Source: Chthoniobacterales bacterium (GTDB lineage Bacteria; Verrucomicrobiota; Verrucomicrobiia; Chthoniobacterales; Chthoniobacteraceae). Taken from it: a DNA stretch of 64,000 nucleotides. Location of the stretch: the NCBI GenBank assembly GCA_038207335.1, contig JBBQZX010000010.1:96379-160378 (forward strand), in the 5' to 3' direction. The notes beneath the pieces were generated by a model, which was not told the DNA's origin, did not search any database, and saw only the letters and a program-made list of their open reading frames with translations. Position numbers and translations under genes: made by a program. Positions 1-9,531 of this stretch are shown one piece after another; positions within the stretch are counted from its first letter, which is position 1, and each line of letters starts with the position of its first letter.

Positions 1-303
1 GCAGTCGTGCGCGATGTGCTCGACGGTCGCGATGTACTTTTTTGGATCGTTCTCGCGCTCCACCGTGAGGAAGCGCGCATTGCTCACGACATGTGCATTC
101 GTGAGCAACCGGTCCTTTGAAACGACCCAGCCCGTGCCGCTTCCGCCTCCCGTCGAACCGGGCAGCCACGGGATGCGATAATTCGGCTCCTGCGCCGTGT
201 TGGTGATGCGCGCGAGGCTTTTGCGCACTTCATTTGGCAGCGCGGAGGCCGAGGCGGCGAGGGCGAGCAGCGCGAGGAAAACGCGCGAAATCCGTGAAAT
301 CAT
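1..303 (-). CDS. Trypsin-like (Deg/HtrA-type) serine protease, N-terminal part; runs off the window
   Basis: Hand translation from ATG at 303: signal peptide MISRISRVFLALLALAASASA, then GSGTGWVVSKDRLLTNAHVV (catalytic His motif TNAHV) and HIAHDC. Confidence 0.85.
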   Translation of the reverse strand, partial: MISRISRVFLALLALAASASALPNEVRKSLARITNTAQEPNYRIPWLPGSTGGGSGTGWVVSKDRLLTNAHVVSNARFLTVERENDPKKYIATVEHIAHDC

Positions 304-400
304 GAGAGCGGAAAGTTGAGGGGAACCGCTCGCAGCGCAATGGAAATCCCGTCCATCGCGCGAGTTGACTCCGCAGCGCTCGCCGCTATTCCTCGCCGCC

Positions 401-1348
401 ATGACTCCCCGCCTCCTCGCCTCCGCCGCCCTCATCTGCACACTCGCCACGTCCGCATTCGCCGCAGACGACGCATCCATCGAACCCGAAAATGCAGGTC
501 CCGATTTCGCCGTGCAGGGCGAATACGTCGGCGACAATGCAGCTGCTCAAGTTATCGCGCTGGGCGATGGAAAATTTCACATCGTCGGCTGGGCACACGG
601 CCTGCCGGGCACGACCGACGAGGCGGAGAAAGTCGCCGAACTCGACGCGCAACGCGAGGGCGACCGCATCGTTTTCGCGACGAACGGGTGGAAAGGCTCA
701 ATCGAAAACGGCGTCCTCAGCGGCGTATCGCCGGACGGCGATAAAGCGAGCGTGAAGCACACACTGCGCGAATCGCCTGCCGCCGGCGCGAAACCGCCCG
801 CGGGCGCCACGGTGCTTTTCGACGGTACGAATGCTGACGCGTGGGAGGGTGGAAAAGTGGACGACCGGGGCTTTCTGAAATGCGGCACGAAGACCAAAAA
901 GGCGTTCAACGACTTCACCCTGCACATCGAATTTCGCACGCCCTTCATGCCGAAAGCGCGCGGTCAGGGGCGCGGAAATAGCGGCGTTTATTCGCAGGAT
1001 CGCTACGAGACGCAGGTGCTCGATTCCTTTGGATTGAAAGGCGAGAACAACGAATGCGGCGGCATCTACACGATCTCGAAGCCGCGCGTGAACATGTGCT
1101 TCCCACCGCTCTCGTGGCAGACCTACGACATCGACTACGTCGCCGCGAAATACAGCGACGACGGACTGAAAACGAAGAACGCGATCATCACCGTGAAACA
1201 AAACGGCGTCCTCATCCAAGACCACGTCGAAATCCCGCACGCAACCGGCAGCGCCGGTCTCACGGAAGGCCCGACGCCCGGCCCGATCGCCCTGCAAAAT
1301 CACGGAACCCCCGTTTTCTACCGCAACATCTGGATCGTCGAGAAATGA
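401..1348 (+). CDS. Secreted DUF1080 (3-keto-disaccharide hydrolase-like) protein
   Basis: Signal peptide; motifs LFDG, DFTLHIEF, GNSGVY, YETQVLD, WQTYDI, GPIALQNHG, FYRNIWI. ATG 401 preferred over TTG 365. Confidence 0.9.
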   Translation: MTPRLLASAALICTLATSAFAADDASIEPENAGPDFAVQGEYVGDNAAAQVIALGDGKFHIVGWAHGLPGTTDEAEKVAELDAQREGDRIVFATNGWKGSIENGVLSGVSPDGDKASVKHTLRESPAAGAKPPAGATVLFDGTNADAWEGGKVDDRGFLKCGTKTKKAFNDFTLHIEFRTPFMPKARGQGRGNSGVYSQDRYETQVLDSFGLKGENNECGGIYTISKPRVNMCFPPLSWQTYDIDYVAAKYSDDGLKTKNAIITVKQNGVLIQDHVEIPHATGSAGLTEGPTPGPIALQNHGTPVFYRNIWIVEK

Positions 1349-1361
1349 CACCGGCACGCTC

Positions 1362-2558
1362 GTGAAAATCGCCGTCATCGGTGGCGGACCGGCGGGTTTG
1401 CGCGCGGCGGAAGTGGCTGCGGAGCGCGGTGCCGAAGTCACGATTTTCGATGCGAAAGCATCGGTCGGTCGCAAGTTTCTCGTCGCCGGTCGCGGCGGCT
1501 TGAACCTCACAAAAACCGAGCCGGCTGAGCGCTTCCTTTCGCGCTACAGCGGCCCGGAAACGCCGCCTGAATTGTGGCACTCGCTCATCTCCGAGTTCGA
1601 CGGCGACGCGCTTCAGCACTGGGCCCGCGGGGTGGGCGTGGAAATATTCACCGCCTCGACCGGACGCGTCTATCCGCGTGATTTGAAAGCCGCCCCCCTG
1701 CTCCGCCGATGGGTGCAGCGACTCCGCGAAATGGGCGTTAAATTTGTAACGCACCACCGCTTCACCGGCCTCCACGCGGGGCCGACATGGACGCTCGAAT
1801 TTCAAACTCCAACCGGTCCGCGCGAACAGCAAACCGACGCTGCAATCCTCGCACTCGGTGGCGGCTCCTGGCCGGAAACCGGCTCGGACGGCGCGTGGAC
1901 CAGCGCGCTTGAAACGCTCGGAGTTTCCATCCATCCGCTCGCGCCCTCCAACTGCGGATGGGAACTCGAATGGCCCATCACGGTTTCTGCCAAAGCTGAG
2001 GGATCACCGCTCAAAAGCATCGCCGTGCGCGCCGGAGATTTGGAAGTGCGCGGCGAACTGCTCATCACGAAATACGGTCTCGAAGGCGGCGCGATCTACG
2101 CGCTTGGCACGGCGCTTCGCGCGATGTCCGAGCCGGAAATCGCCATCGATTTCAAACCCACATTTTCTGTCGCGCAGCTCATCGCAAAACTCGGCACCGC
2201 GCCGCGCGACACGCTCGCCGAAGCCCGCCAACGCTGGCGTCTCAGCGATGCGGCGCTTGCGATCGTGGCCGGCCGCGGCCCATTTCCAGACGCCGAATCG
2301 CTCGCCCGCGAGACGAAAAACTGCATACTCCGCCTCACCCGCCCGCGCCCGATCGCCGAAGCCATTTCATCTGCTGGCGGCGTCCGCTGGAGCGAACTCG
2401 ACGACTCGCTCATGCTCCGCCGCGCGCCCGGAATTTTCGTCGCCGGCGAGATGATCGACTGGGACGCGCCAACCGGCGGTTATTTGATTCACGCTTGCCT
2501 CGCAATGGGGACACGAGCGGGAGCAAGCGCGGCCCGCTGGATTGCAGCGCAAGCCTGA
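1362..2558 (+). CDS. HI0933/BaiN-like flavoprotein (NAD(P)/FAD-dependent oxidoreductase)
   Basis: GGGPAG dinucleotide motif, GRKFLVAGRGGLNLT, GGGSWPETGSDG, AISSAGGV, AGEMIDWDAPTGGY. Confidence 0.9.
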   Translation: MKIAVIGGGPAGLRAAEVAAERGAEVTIFDAKASVGRKFLVAGRGGLNLTKTEPAERFLSRYSGPETPPELWHSLISEFDGDALQHWARGVGVEIFTASTGRVYPRDLKAAPLLRRWVQRLREMGVKFVTHHRFTGLHAGPTWTLEFQTPTGPREQQTDAAILALGGGSWPETGSDGAWTSALETLGVSIHPLAPSNCGWELEWPITVSAKAEGSPLKSIAVRAGDLEVRGELLITKYGLEGGAIYALGTALRAMSEPEIAIDFKPTFSVAQLIAKLGTAPRDTLAEARQRWRLSDAALAIVAGRGPFPDAESLARETKNCILRLTRPRPIAEAISSAGGVRWSELDDSLMLRRAPGIFVAGEMIDWDAPTGGYLIHACLAMGTRAGASAARWIAAQA

Positions 2559-2602
2559 AACCGCATTGCCAACCCGAACCCTCCGCCCTTTCATCCCCCG
2601 CA

Positions 2603-4921
2603 ATGAAGCTCCTCCTCGCGCTCACCCTCCTCGCCACTCCCGTCCTAGCCCAGACTCGCTGGGATCAAATGGATCTCGGCCCATTTCACAGCGGCACTTT
2701 CCACGTCGATAAAGAAGCCACGGCCAAAGGCATTGCGATCAAAGTCGGCACGCCGGACGACAAGGCGACTGTCCTCTTCGATACTGAACTCCTCCGTGTG
2801 AGCGCGGCTTGGACGGGCGGCTTCGTAAAAATCCCGGCGGGTCGCGGCGGACTCGAAGGCCAACTCACCCCCGCGGGCGACGTGAAATTCAAGACAACTT
2901 ACGCGACCGGCTGGGCGAAAGGCGACATCATTAACGACCCCCGAGACAAGCACCAAGGCCATCTCTCGGCCGATCAGGCAAAGTGGCGCGGCCTCTATTT
3001 GAATGGCGACAAAGTTATCCTCAGCTACTCCGTCGGCCTCGGCGGCGTGCTGGAACTGGACGGCTTCGAGACGCGCGGCGCGGCGAAGGTTTTCACCCGC
3101 ACATTCGAGGTCGGTGTGAATGCGAATGCGAACTCGCTGCTCATCTGCGAGGCACCTGGCCAAGGCTCGGTCGAGGGGAATGTGGCGAAACGGTTCGAGG
3201 CGGAAAACGTGACGCTCGCAGGTGTCGTCGGCGCGCCGGAGGGATCGAAAATGGTGACCGGCGATGGCGGTCGTATCTCGCTGAAACTGCCCGCGCTGAC
3301 AAAGACCGCGACCTTTCAAGTCGTCGTCTGGAGCGGCAAAAACGATGCGCTGCCTGCCGGCACCGATTGGCTAAAAAGCGAACCGCTGCCGAGTCTCGCA
3401 GCGCTGTGCAAAGGCGGCGCGCCGCAATGGAACGTGCCGATCGAGACCGCGGGAATTCTCGGCACGGGCGACGACGCGTATGTCGCCGACGAGATCACGC
3501 TGCCGGTGGACAATCCTTTCAAGTCGTGGCTGCGGCCCGGCGGGCACGATTTTCTCCCGGACGGTACCGCGGTGCTCGTGAACATCAGCGGCGACGTTTG
3601 GCTCGTGAGCGGGCTCGATGAAAAGCTCGAGCACGTGAAGTGGAAACGCTTTGCCACCGGGCTTTTCCAGCCGCTCGGCTGCAAAGTCGTCGATGGGAAA
3701 ATCTACGTGACGTGCCGCGATCAAATCACGCGGCTCACGGATTTGAATGGCGACGGCGAGGCGGACTTTTACGAGTGCTTCAACAACGACTGCGTGGTGG
3801 CGGACAACTACCACGAATTCGCTCTCGATTTGCAGACCGATTCGAAGGGCAACTTTTTCTACGGGAAGGGGTCGCCGTGGACGCCGACGAATATGACGCC
3901 GGATCAGGGGACGATCATCAAAGTGAGCGGGGACGGCAGCAAACTGGAGGTCTTCGCGACCGGCGTGCGCGCTCCGAACGGGCTGGGAATGGGGCCGAAA
4001 GACGAGCTAACTTTCAGCGATAACCAGGGCCACTGGATGCCCGCGAACCGGCTCAATCTGGTGAAGGAAGGCGGCTTCTACGGGATGACTCCGGCCGCGC
4101 ACAAGACGCTCACGATGAAGCTCGCGGACGGGACGGAAATCACCGCGAACCCGAGCGATGCGGAGGCGCGAGCGAAATACAAAACGGACTTCTGGGGGAA
4201 GGCGGATTCTCCGATTCCATCGAGCGGATACGACGTGCCGCTGTGCTGGGTGCCGATGGAAATCGACAACTCCAGCGGCGGGCAGGTGTGGGTGCCGCCG
4301 GGCGCAAAATGGGGGCCTCTCGGCGGACGGATGCTCTTCATGAGCTACGGAAAATGCAGCCTTTTCAACGTGCTCCAGGAGACGGTGAACGGGCTGCCGC
4401 AGGGCGGGCTCTGCCGATTCCCGCTGAACTTCAAGAGCGGAATCATGCGCGGGCGTTTCAGTCCAAAGGACGGGCAACTCTATGTGAGCGGGCTGAACGT
4501 GTGGCAGTCTAGCGCGTCGAAGGACGGCTGCTTTTACCGCGTCCGCTACACCGGCAAGCCGACCACGGTGCCGGTCGATTTGCATGTGCAAAAGTCGAGC
4601 CTGCAACTGACCTTCACCGCGCCGCTCGACGAAAAAAGCGCAACCGATGCGGAGAACTATTCCGTCGATCAATGGAACTATCTGTGGACGGGGAATTACG
4701 GCTCGCCCGACGTGTCGGCGCTCGATGCCGGGCGCAAAGGCCGAGACTCGCTGACCATCGCAGGAGTGAATCTTTCGGCCGACAAAAAGACTGTGACGAT
4801 CGAGCTGCCCGACGTGAAGCCGGTGATGCAAATGAAGATCAAATTCAAGATCAAAGCCGCGGACGGCAGCGCACTCGACAAAGAGATTTTCAGCACCGTA
4901 AACGCGGTGCCGGGGAGTTAG
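2603..4921 (+). CDS. Secreted DUF6797-type / PVC glucose-sorbosone dehydrogenase-like beta-propeller protein
   Basis: Signal peptide MKLLLALTLLATPVLA; FDTELLR, WKRFATGLFQPLG, DLNGDGEAD, ATGVRAPNG, DNQGHW. No CxxCH seen. Confidence 0.7.
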   Translation: MKLLLALTLLATPVLAQTRWDQMDLGPFHSGTFHVDKEATAKGIAIKVGTPDDKATVLFDTELLRVSAAWTGGFVKIPAGRGGLEGQLTPAGDVKFKTTYATGWAKGDIINDPRDKHQGHLSADQAKWRGLYLNGDKVILSYSVGLGGVLELDGFETRGAAKVFTRTFEVGVNANANSLLICEAPGQGSVEGNVAKRFEAENVTLAGVVGAPEGSKMVTGDGGRISLKLPALTKTATFQVVVWSGKNDALPAGTDWLKSEPLPSLAALCKGGAPQWNVPIETAGILGTGDDAYVADEITLPVDNPFKSWLRPGGHDFLPDGTAVLVNISGDVWLVSGLDEKLEHVKWKRFATGLFQPLGCKVVDGKIYVTCRDQITRLTDLNGDGEADFYECFNNDCVVADNYHEFALDLQTDSKGNFFYGKGSPWTPTNMTPDQGTIIKVSGDGSKLEVFATGVRAPNGLGMGPKDELTFSDNQGHWMPANRLNLVKEGGFYGMTPAAHKTLTMKLADGTEITANPSDAEARAKYKTDFWGKADSPIPSSGYDVPLCWVPMEIDNSSGGQVWVPPGAKWGPLGGRMLFMSYGKCSLFNVLQETVNGLPQGGLCRFPLNFKSGIMRGRFSPKDGQLYVSGLNVWQSSASKDGCFYRVRYTGKPTTVPVDLHVQKSSLQLTFTAPLDEKSATDAENYSVDQWNYLWTGNYGSPDVSALDAGRKGRDSLTIAGVNLSADKKTVTIELPDVKPVMQMKIKFKIKAADGSALDKEIFSTVNAVPGS

Positions 4922-4939
4922 CAGCCCATCGGAAACAGA

Positions 4940-5011
4940 TACCAGGGGGGAGGATTGAACTCCCGACCTAGGGCTTATGAGTCCCCCGCTCTGCCACTGA
5001 GCTACCCTGGC
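4940..5011 (-). tRNA. tRNA with CAT anticodon (elongator Met or Ile2); CCA not encoded
   Basis: Minus strand GCCAGGG TA GCTC AGTGGCA GAGC G GGGGA CTCATAA GCCCT AGGTC GGGAG TTCAATC CTCCC CCCTGGT A folds as a cloverleaf. Confidence 0.93.
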
Positions 5012-5023
5012 GAAAGGCCGGGG

Positions 5024-5052
5024 AAATTAGGCAACGCCCCGCGGCGGTTCAA
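5024..5052 (-). promoter_or_regulatory. Sigma70-type promoter for the tRNA
   Basis: Minus strand TTGAAC-N17-TAATTT ending 12 nt upstream of the tRNA 5' end. Confidence 0.7.
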
Positions 5053-5126
5053 GCAGAGAAATCAGGAGAATTCAGGCAGCCGAGGCCGAGGGTTTTGCCG
5101 AGCCTCACCGGGCAACTTCATCGAAG

Positions 5127-8100
5127 TCACTCGGTTGAGAGCTTGCTGCGAAGCTCTTCGAGCCAAGCGCGGCCTTCGCGGTCGATCGTGTCGGGGCCGC
5201 TCTTGGCTTCGGCGGCGTGGAGGTCGGCCTCGAAGGCGGCGAGTTCGACGCGGCCTTCGTCCATTCTCTTTGCTTGGATCAGCAGTTTCACCAGCTTGAA
5301 GCGGATGTTGAGCATTTGATTGGAAGAGCCGAGTCCGGTGTTGGCAGTCGTCCTCGTGGCAGCGAGCGCGAGGCCCTCGCGGAAGTCCTTTTCGGCCTCA
5401 GACTCGCGATGAATACGCTGCAAAAAATTACCGGCAAGTAAGTAATTCCACGCGAGTTGTCCGCGCGGTTGGTCAAGCGTTTCGGTGCTGGAATGTTTGT
5501 CCGCAGTCGCTGCCTCGACTGCTTTTCGGCCTAGCGCAATCGCATGCTCCCAAGCGGTCGCGAGGTCGGCTTCGGCTTCGGGCGCGAGGAGCTGCGCATA
5601 TTCACGCCAAGCGACACCAGCCTCGCGCCAGCGGTCCACAAGATGCGACTCACCGGCAATCTTCTCGCGGGCCTCAGCCGCTTCGCGGTGCATTTTGCGC
5701 CCTTCGTCCTCGCGCCCTTGCTTGAAAATCGCGAAGCCGAGTTTGATCTCTGTGCCAGCGGCTTCCCACAAGTCGAGCATACGTTCTCCGTCCGTTGGCG
5801 CGGACGTGGCGGCATCTTCAAGCTGCTTCAATGATATTCGGAGCAGCGTCTCTGCCTCGGCAAACCGCTGCATGGCATTGAGAGCCGTTCCTCGAATGCC
5901 AGACGTTGCACTTCTCGTCAGCGCATATTCGCGCTTTCCCATGAACGATTGCCGCTGATCCAGCCATGCGTTGGTTTCATTCGCATACGCCTCCATGTGG
6001 GCAAATTGCGCTGCTCTTTCGTCGGCGGGAGCTTTGTAAAAGTCATCGCTGAGTTTCCAACAGTTCTTCTGCGCCTCCCATGCTTTGTCGTTGTTTGCCG
6101 TCGGGGCGTCGCGGAGGCGCGTCTCTTCGAGGATGGCGAGGGTCGCGCTGACTTTCGCTGCCTCGTCGGTGCGTCCGAGCTTCCCAAATGTGTCACGCTG
6201 GAGCTTCAGCAAGTTTCCGTAACTGACCTCGACGTGACTGGTGCTCGGAAGCTTGCCGAGAAGCGATTCCAACGCCACCCGCGCACGGGCTAACGTCGGT
6301 AGCGAAGCCTCAGCATCGACGGCGCAAACCTTTGCCAGAATGCGAATCTTCTCGTTCGAATCTGGATGATTAGGCGGTGTGAAATTTGCGAGGCGCGCAG
6401 CAGCGGCCCAATCTTCGACAGCCCGAGCTGCGAGTTCGACCGCTTGCGCCTTATCGACCGGAACGACCTTCAGGAGAGCGTCAACGAAGTTGCAGATCGT
6501 CCATGCTCGCTCGTCATAAAGAAGCGGGCGCGTGGACTGGCGCTCGATCGCTGAGTCACGACACCGAAGCGATTCACGATGGTAATCTGCCGATTTGACA
6601 GGGTCCGATTCAAACTCGCCGAGCACGCGGTAGCTGTGAGCAAGATCACGCCACCATTCCGCACGCGCAGGCTCAAGTTCGACGAGTTTTCGGCGTCCTT
6701 CCATGGCCTTTTGAATGACAGCATCTGCGTTCCGCATGCCATTCTCGTCCGCACTCTCCATCGCCCAACGCCTTTGGTAGAGCCCGGCGTGGTGCATTGC
6801 CCCGAGATAGGTCTCGCGAAGAAGCGCGCTGTCGCCACCCAGTTCCAGCGCTCTGCCGAACGCATTTTCGGCGAGCCTAAAATCCGCCATCCTCCCCTCG
6901 TTGCTGCTGCCCGGCGCTTTCTCGGCGATGTTTGCGTTCCCGTAGTGGATAAAGCCCTCGATCTCGCACACATCCGCAGTCTCGCCGCCAATTTCACGCA
7001 TCCGTTTTGCGATGGCTTCCAAGATCTTGAGGCGGGAGGTGCCTTCCAGCGGCTTGCGAAATCCGCGGATGAGCGCCTGCGCCGCTGCGCCGTGTGAGAG
7101 CGCCTGGTAGCGCATCGCCCAGAGCGCGTTCGGGTGCTCTTTCAGCCACGCCTCGCAGCGCTTGATCGTGGTATCCGCCGTGGCGACGAGAGCTTCATGG
7201 GCGCTGCGGTCGGAGAAGAGGTAGCAGAGATTCAGCATCGCGTAGCAGCTCTCCTCCTGCAGTTTTTCGTCGGCGGGATGTTTGATGATCAGGGTCTCCA
7301 TGATCCCCAGCGCCTCGCGCGTGTGCTTTTCGTATTCGTCGTCGTGGCCGAGAGCGCCGTCGATAAGCGCGCGATTGAGCGCGAGCGAGGCGATGTGGCG
7401 CTGGACTTCGTCATTGGAAAGCGCGCCCGGCAGCGTGCGGTAGTAAGCGGCGGCTGCGGCGACCATTTCTTCGAGCAGCTCGACTTTTCCCAGCGGCAGC
7501 AGCTTTTTGCGCAGCCCGTAGATCGCTTCGTTGATGAGGCTTTCCGCGGCATCGCGCGCGGCACCGGCATCGCTCAATCGATCGGAAGCCAGCCGCTCCG
7601 CGCTCCTCGCACGCACAGCCTGCCAGCTCGCGAAGACGCCCGCGCCGAGAGCGGCGACGGCCAGCGCGCCGACGACGGTGGCGATGCGGCGCGCGCGTTT
7701 GGAGCGCTCGCGCTCAACGGCAGCGCGCGCTTTGGCCGCGGTGAGTTCTTCCGCGAGACGCGACTTTTCCAGCGCCTCCGCGAGCGCGGTGCGTCGGGCA
7801 TCGAGCGTGCGGAGGCGCGTGGAAAGCTCGGCGGTGCTGGCGAGACGGCGGGCGGGGTCGCCATCGACACAATCGGCGATGTCCTCGCGCAAAAGCTCGT
7901 CCTTTACTTCGCGCTCCCAGCCCGGCGCGAGCGCGTGGGTAAAATCGCCGACGACCATTTGAAAGAGCACGACGCCGAGCGCATAGACATCGCCCTGCAC
8001 GGTGTAGGCGCGGCCGGTGTATTGCTCGGGCGGCGCGTAAAGGCGCGTCATGCTGCTGCCGCTGCCGTGGCTGATGATGGTATTGATCGTGAAACCCGCG

Positions 8101-9311
8101 GCGGTAATCGCGTGAGCTTCGAGCGCGCTTTTATCGGCGAGCGTGCCGATGCCGAAGTCGGTGAGCTGCGGATAGGATTCACCGTCGTCGCCAGTCTGCA
8201 TGAGGACGTTCTGCGGCTTCAAATCCTTGTGCAGCACGCCGACGGAATGCGCGGCGGAGACGGCGTCGGCGATCTGCGCGACGAGCTCGATGCGGCGCGA
8301 GAGTGGCACCTGCGCGATGCCGCCCTGCTTCGCGGCCCACTCGGTGAGATTGCCCTCGTCGGCGAATTCGCTTTCGAGAAAAAACGGCGGCTCGTCGAGC
8401 TTCACGTCGTAGAGCCGCGCGATGTCGGGCCGCTCGCCGAGCACGTCGCGGAGGAGGCGGAAAAAAGTGAGCTCGCGCTTGAAGCTGCGGAGGCGCTCGT
8501 CGTCGAAGCAAAACTTGAAGACACGCTGCTGTTTCATCTTCTCCTGCTCCGCGAGCCAGACTTCGCCGAAGCCGCCCTCGCCGATTTTGCGCCCGAGCAT
8601 CCAGCCCGCGCGACCCGGCACTTCGAGTCCGACGGCGGGCCGCCAGCCGAGCGTCTGCTCTTCGCCGGCGCGAATCGCGCGCTTCGCTTTTTCGCCATCC
8701 GGCGGCGCGGCGAGCGGCGCGGCGTTGTCCGCACCGACCTCGAAGACTTCGACCGGATCGTCGCAGCCTTTGAAAAGATACGGCCCGTGCGCGAGCCACG
8801 TCAGGGCAGGCGGCTCGACAGCATGGGGCACGGCGGGATGTCTGCGGACGAAATGCCGCGCCTCGTCGAACGGCCAGCGCGTGAGCAAAATCTGACCGCC
8901 GACCGCAAGCGACATGACCCGCGCAACGAGGTCCGCCGCCGGTGCGAGCACATCCGCCTGCCCGAGCGTGGTGATGTCCGCGACCTCGCCGGCATGGATG
9001 CCGACGCGTGTGGTGAGCGGAAAAACCGGCCACGGCATCGCCCGCATTCCACTTTGAAAACGAAGCGCGAACCGCACGGCGGCGGCGACGCTGAAGGTCC
9101 GCGCGAAATAGCCGTCGCCCGTGTTCTTGATGAGCGTCAGGCTTTCATCCGCAGCGATTTGCTCGAAGAGCCGGTTGTGAAGCTCGGCGGCGGTCTTGTA
9201 TTCGAGCGCGCCGTGGTGGGACTTGAGCGCGGTGGAGCCGCAGATGTCCGTGAATAAAAGGACGGCAAACTGCGTGACTTCGTTTTGGGGAACCGGCGAT
9301 GCCTCAGCCAT
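5127..9311 (-). CDS. Class III nucleotide cyclase + Hanks-type Ser/Thr kinase + single TM + TPR-like C-terminal region
   Basis: Cyclase: LLFTDICGS, KNTGDGYF, RVGIHAGEV, DLVARV..GGQILLT. Kinase: GEGGFGEVW, HKDLKPQN, LTDFGIG, YAPPE, DVYALG. TM IATVVGALAVAALGAGVFASW; helical repeats follow. Confidence 0.9.
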   Translation of the reverse strand: MAEASPVPQNEVTQFAVLLFTDICGSTALKSHHGALEYKTAAELHNRLFEQIAADESLTLIKNTGDGYFARTFSVAAAVRFALRFQSGMRAMPWPVFPLTTRVGIHAGEVADITTLGQADVLAPAADLVARVMSLAVGGQILLTRWPFDEARHFVRRHPAVPHAVEPPALTWLAHGPYLFKGCDDPVEVFEVGADNAAPLAAPPDGEKAKRAIRAGEEQTLGWRPAVGLEVPGRAGWMLGRKIGEGGFGEVWLAEQEKMKQQRVFKFCFDDERLRSFKRELTFFRLLRDVLGERPDIARLYDVKLDEPPFFLESEFADEGNLTEWAAKQGGIAQVPLSRRIELVAQIADAVSAAHSVGVLHKDLKPQNVLMQTGDDGESYPQLTDFGIGTLADKSALEAHAITAAGFTINTIISHGSGSSMTRLYAPPEQYTGRAYTVQGDVYALGVVLFQMVVGDFTHALAPGWEREVKDELLREDIADCVDGDPARRLASTAELSTRLRTLDARRTALAEALEKSRLAEELTAAKARAAVERERSKRARRIATVVGALAVAALGAGVFASWQAVRARSAERLASDRLSDAGAARDAAESLINEAIYGLRKKLLPLGKVELLEEMVAAAAAYYRTLPGALSNDEVQRHIASLALNRALIDGALGHDDEYEKHTREALGIMETLIIKHPADEKLQEESCYAMLNLCYLFSDRSAHEALVATADTTIKRCEAWLKEHPNALWAMRYQALSHGAAAQALIRGFRKPLEGTSRLKILEAIAKRMREIGGETADVCEIEGFIHYGNANIAEKAPGSSNEGRMADFRLAENAFGRALELGGDSALLRETYLGAMHHAGLYQRRWAMESADENGMRNADAVIQKAMEGRRKLVELEPARAEWWRDLAHSYRVLGEFESDPVKSADYHRESLRCRDSAIERQSTRPLLYDERAWTICNFVDALLKVVPVDKAQAVELAARAVEDWAAAARLANFTPPNHPDSNEKIRILAKVCAVDAEASLPTLARARVALESLLGKLPSTSHVEVSYGNLLKLQRDTFGKLGRTDEAAKVSATLAILEETRLRDAPTANNDKAWEAQKNCWKLSDDFYKAPADERAAQFAHMEAYANETNAWLDQRQSFMGKREYALTRSATSGIRGTALNAMQRFAEAETLLRISLKQLEDAATSAPTDGERMLDLWEAAGTEIKLGFAIFKQGREDEGRKMHREAAEAREKIAGESHLVDRWREAGVAWREYAQLLAPEAEADLATAWEHAIALGRKAVEAATADKHSSTETLDQPRGQLAWNYLLAGNFLQRIHRESEAEKDFREGLALAATRTTANTGLGSSNQMLNIRFKLVKLLIQAKRMDEGRVELAAFEADLHAAEAKSGPDTIDREGRAWLEELRSKLSTE

Positions 9312-9427
9312 GACGCCGCCATGGAAAAGTTCAACTCACCATGTGGCAAGCGCGCCATAACGCCTTTGTTCGGAAATCTGTTCGATCCGCGAGCCCGGCG
9401 TACACGCCACCAGCACCCATTCGCATT

Positions 9428-9448
9428 GCAAACGGATTCTCCGTTTGC
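9428..9448. promoter_or_regulatory. Perfect 9-bp inverted repeat, candidate operator between divergent genes
   Basis: GCAAACGGA-TTC-TCCGTTTGC, overlapping TTGCAA at 9426-9431. Confidence 0.45.
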
Positions 9449-9531
9449 GTCGTGCTCGGCGCGGACTAGCCTGCGCCTTCCTCCCCATCACGCCCGCCCT
9501 TCTCTCGGCGGTTCGGGGGCCGGGACTTTCC

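Noticed and set aside
4955..5299. 114-aa ORF over the tRNA
   Set aside because: Antisense reading of the tRNA and the end of the kinase gene.
7134..9257. 707-aa plus-strand ORF antisense to the cyclase-kinase gene
   Set aside because: Shadow ORF from high-GC codon bias; no motifs, while the opposite strand has clear domains.
8700..9311. Cyclase as a Pycsar/CBASS anti-phage component
   Set aside because: No adjacent cNMP-binding TIR/TM effector or other defence gene; the architecture is receptor-like.
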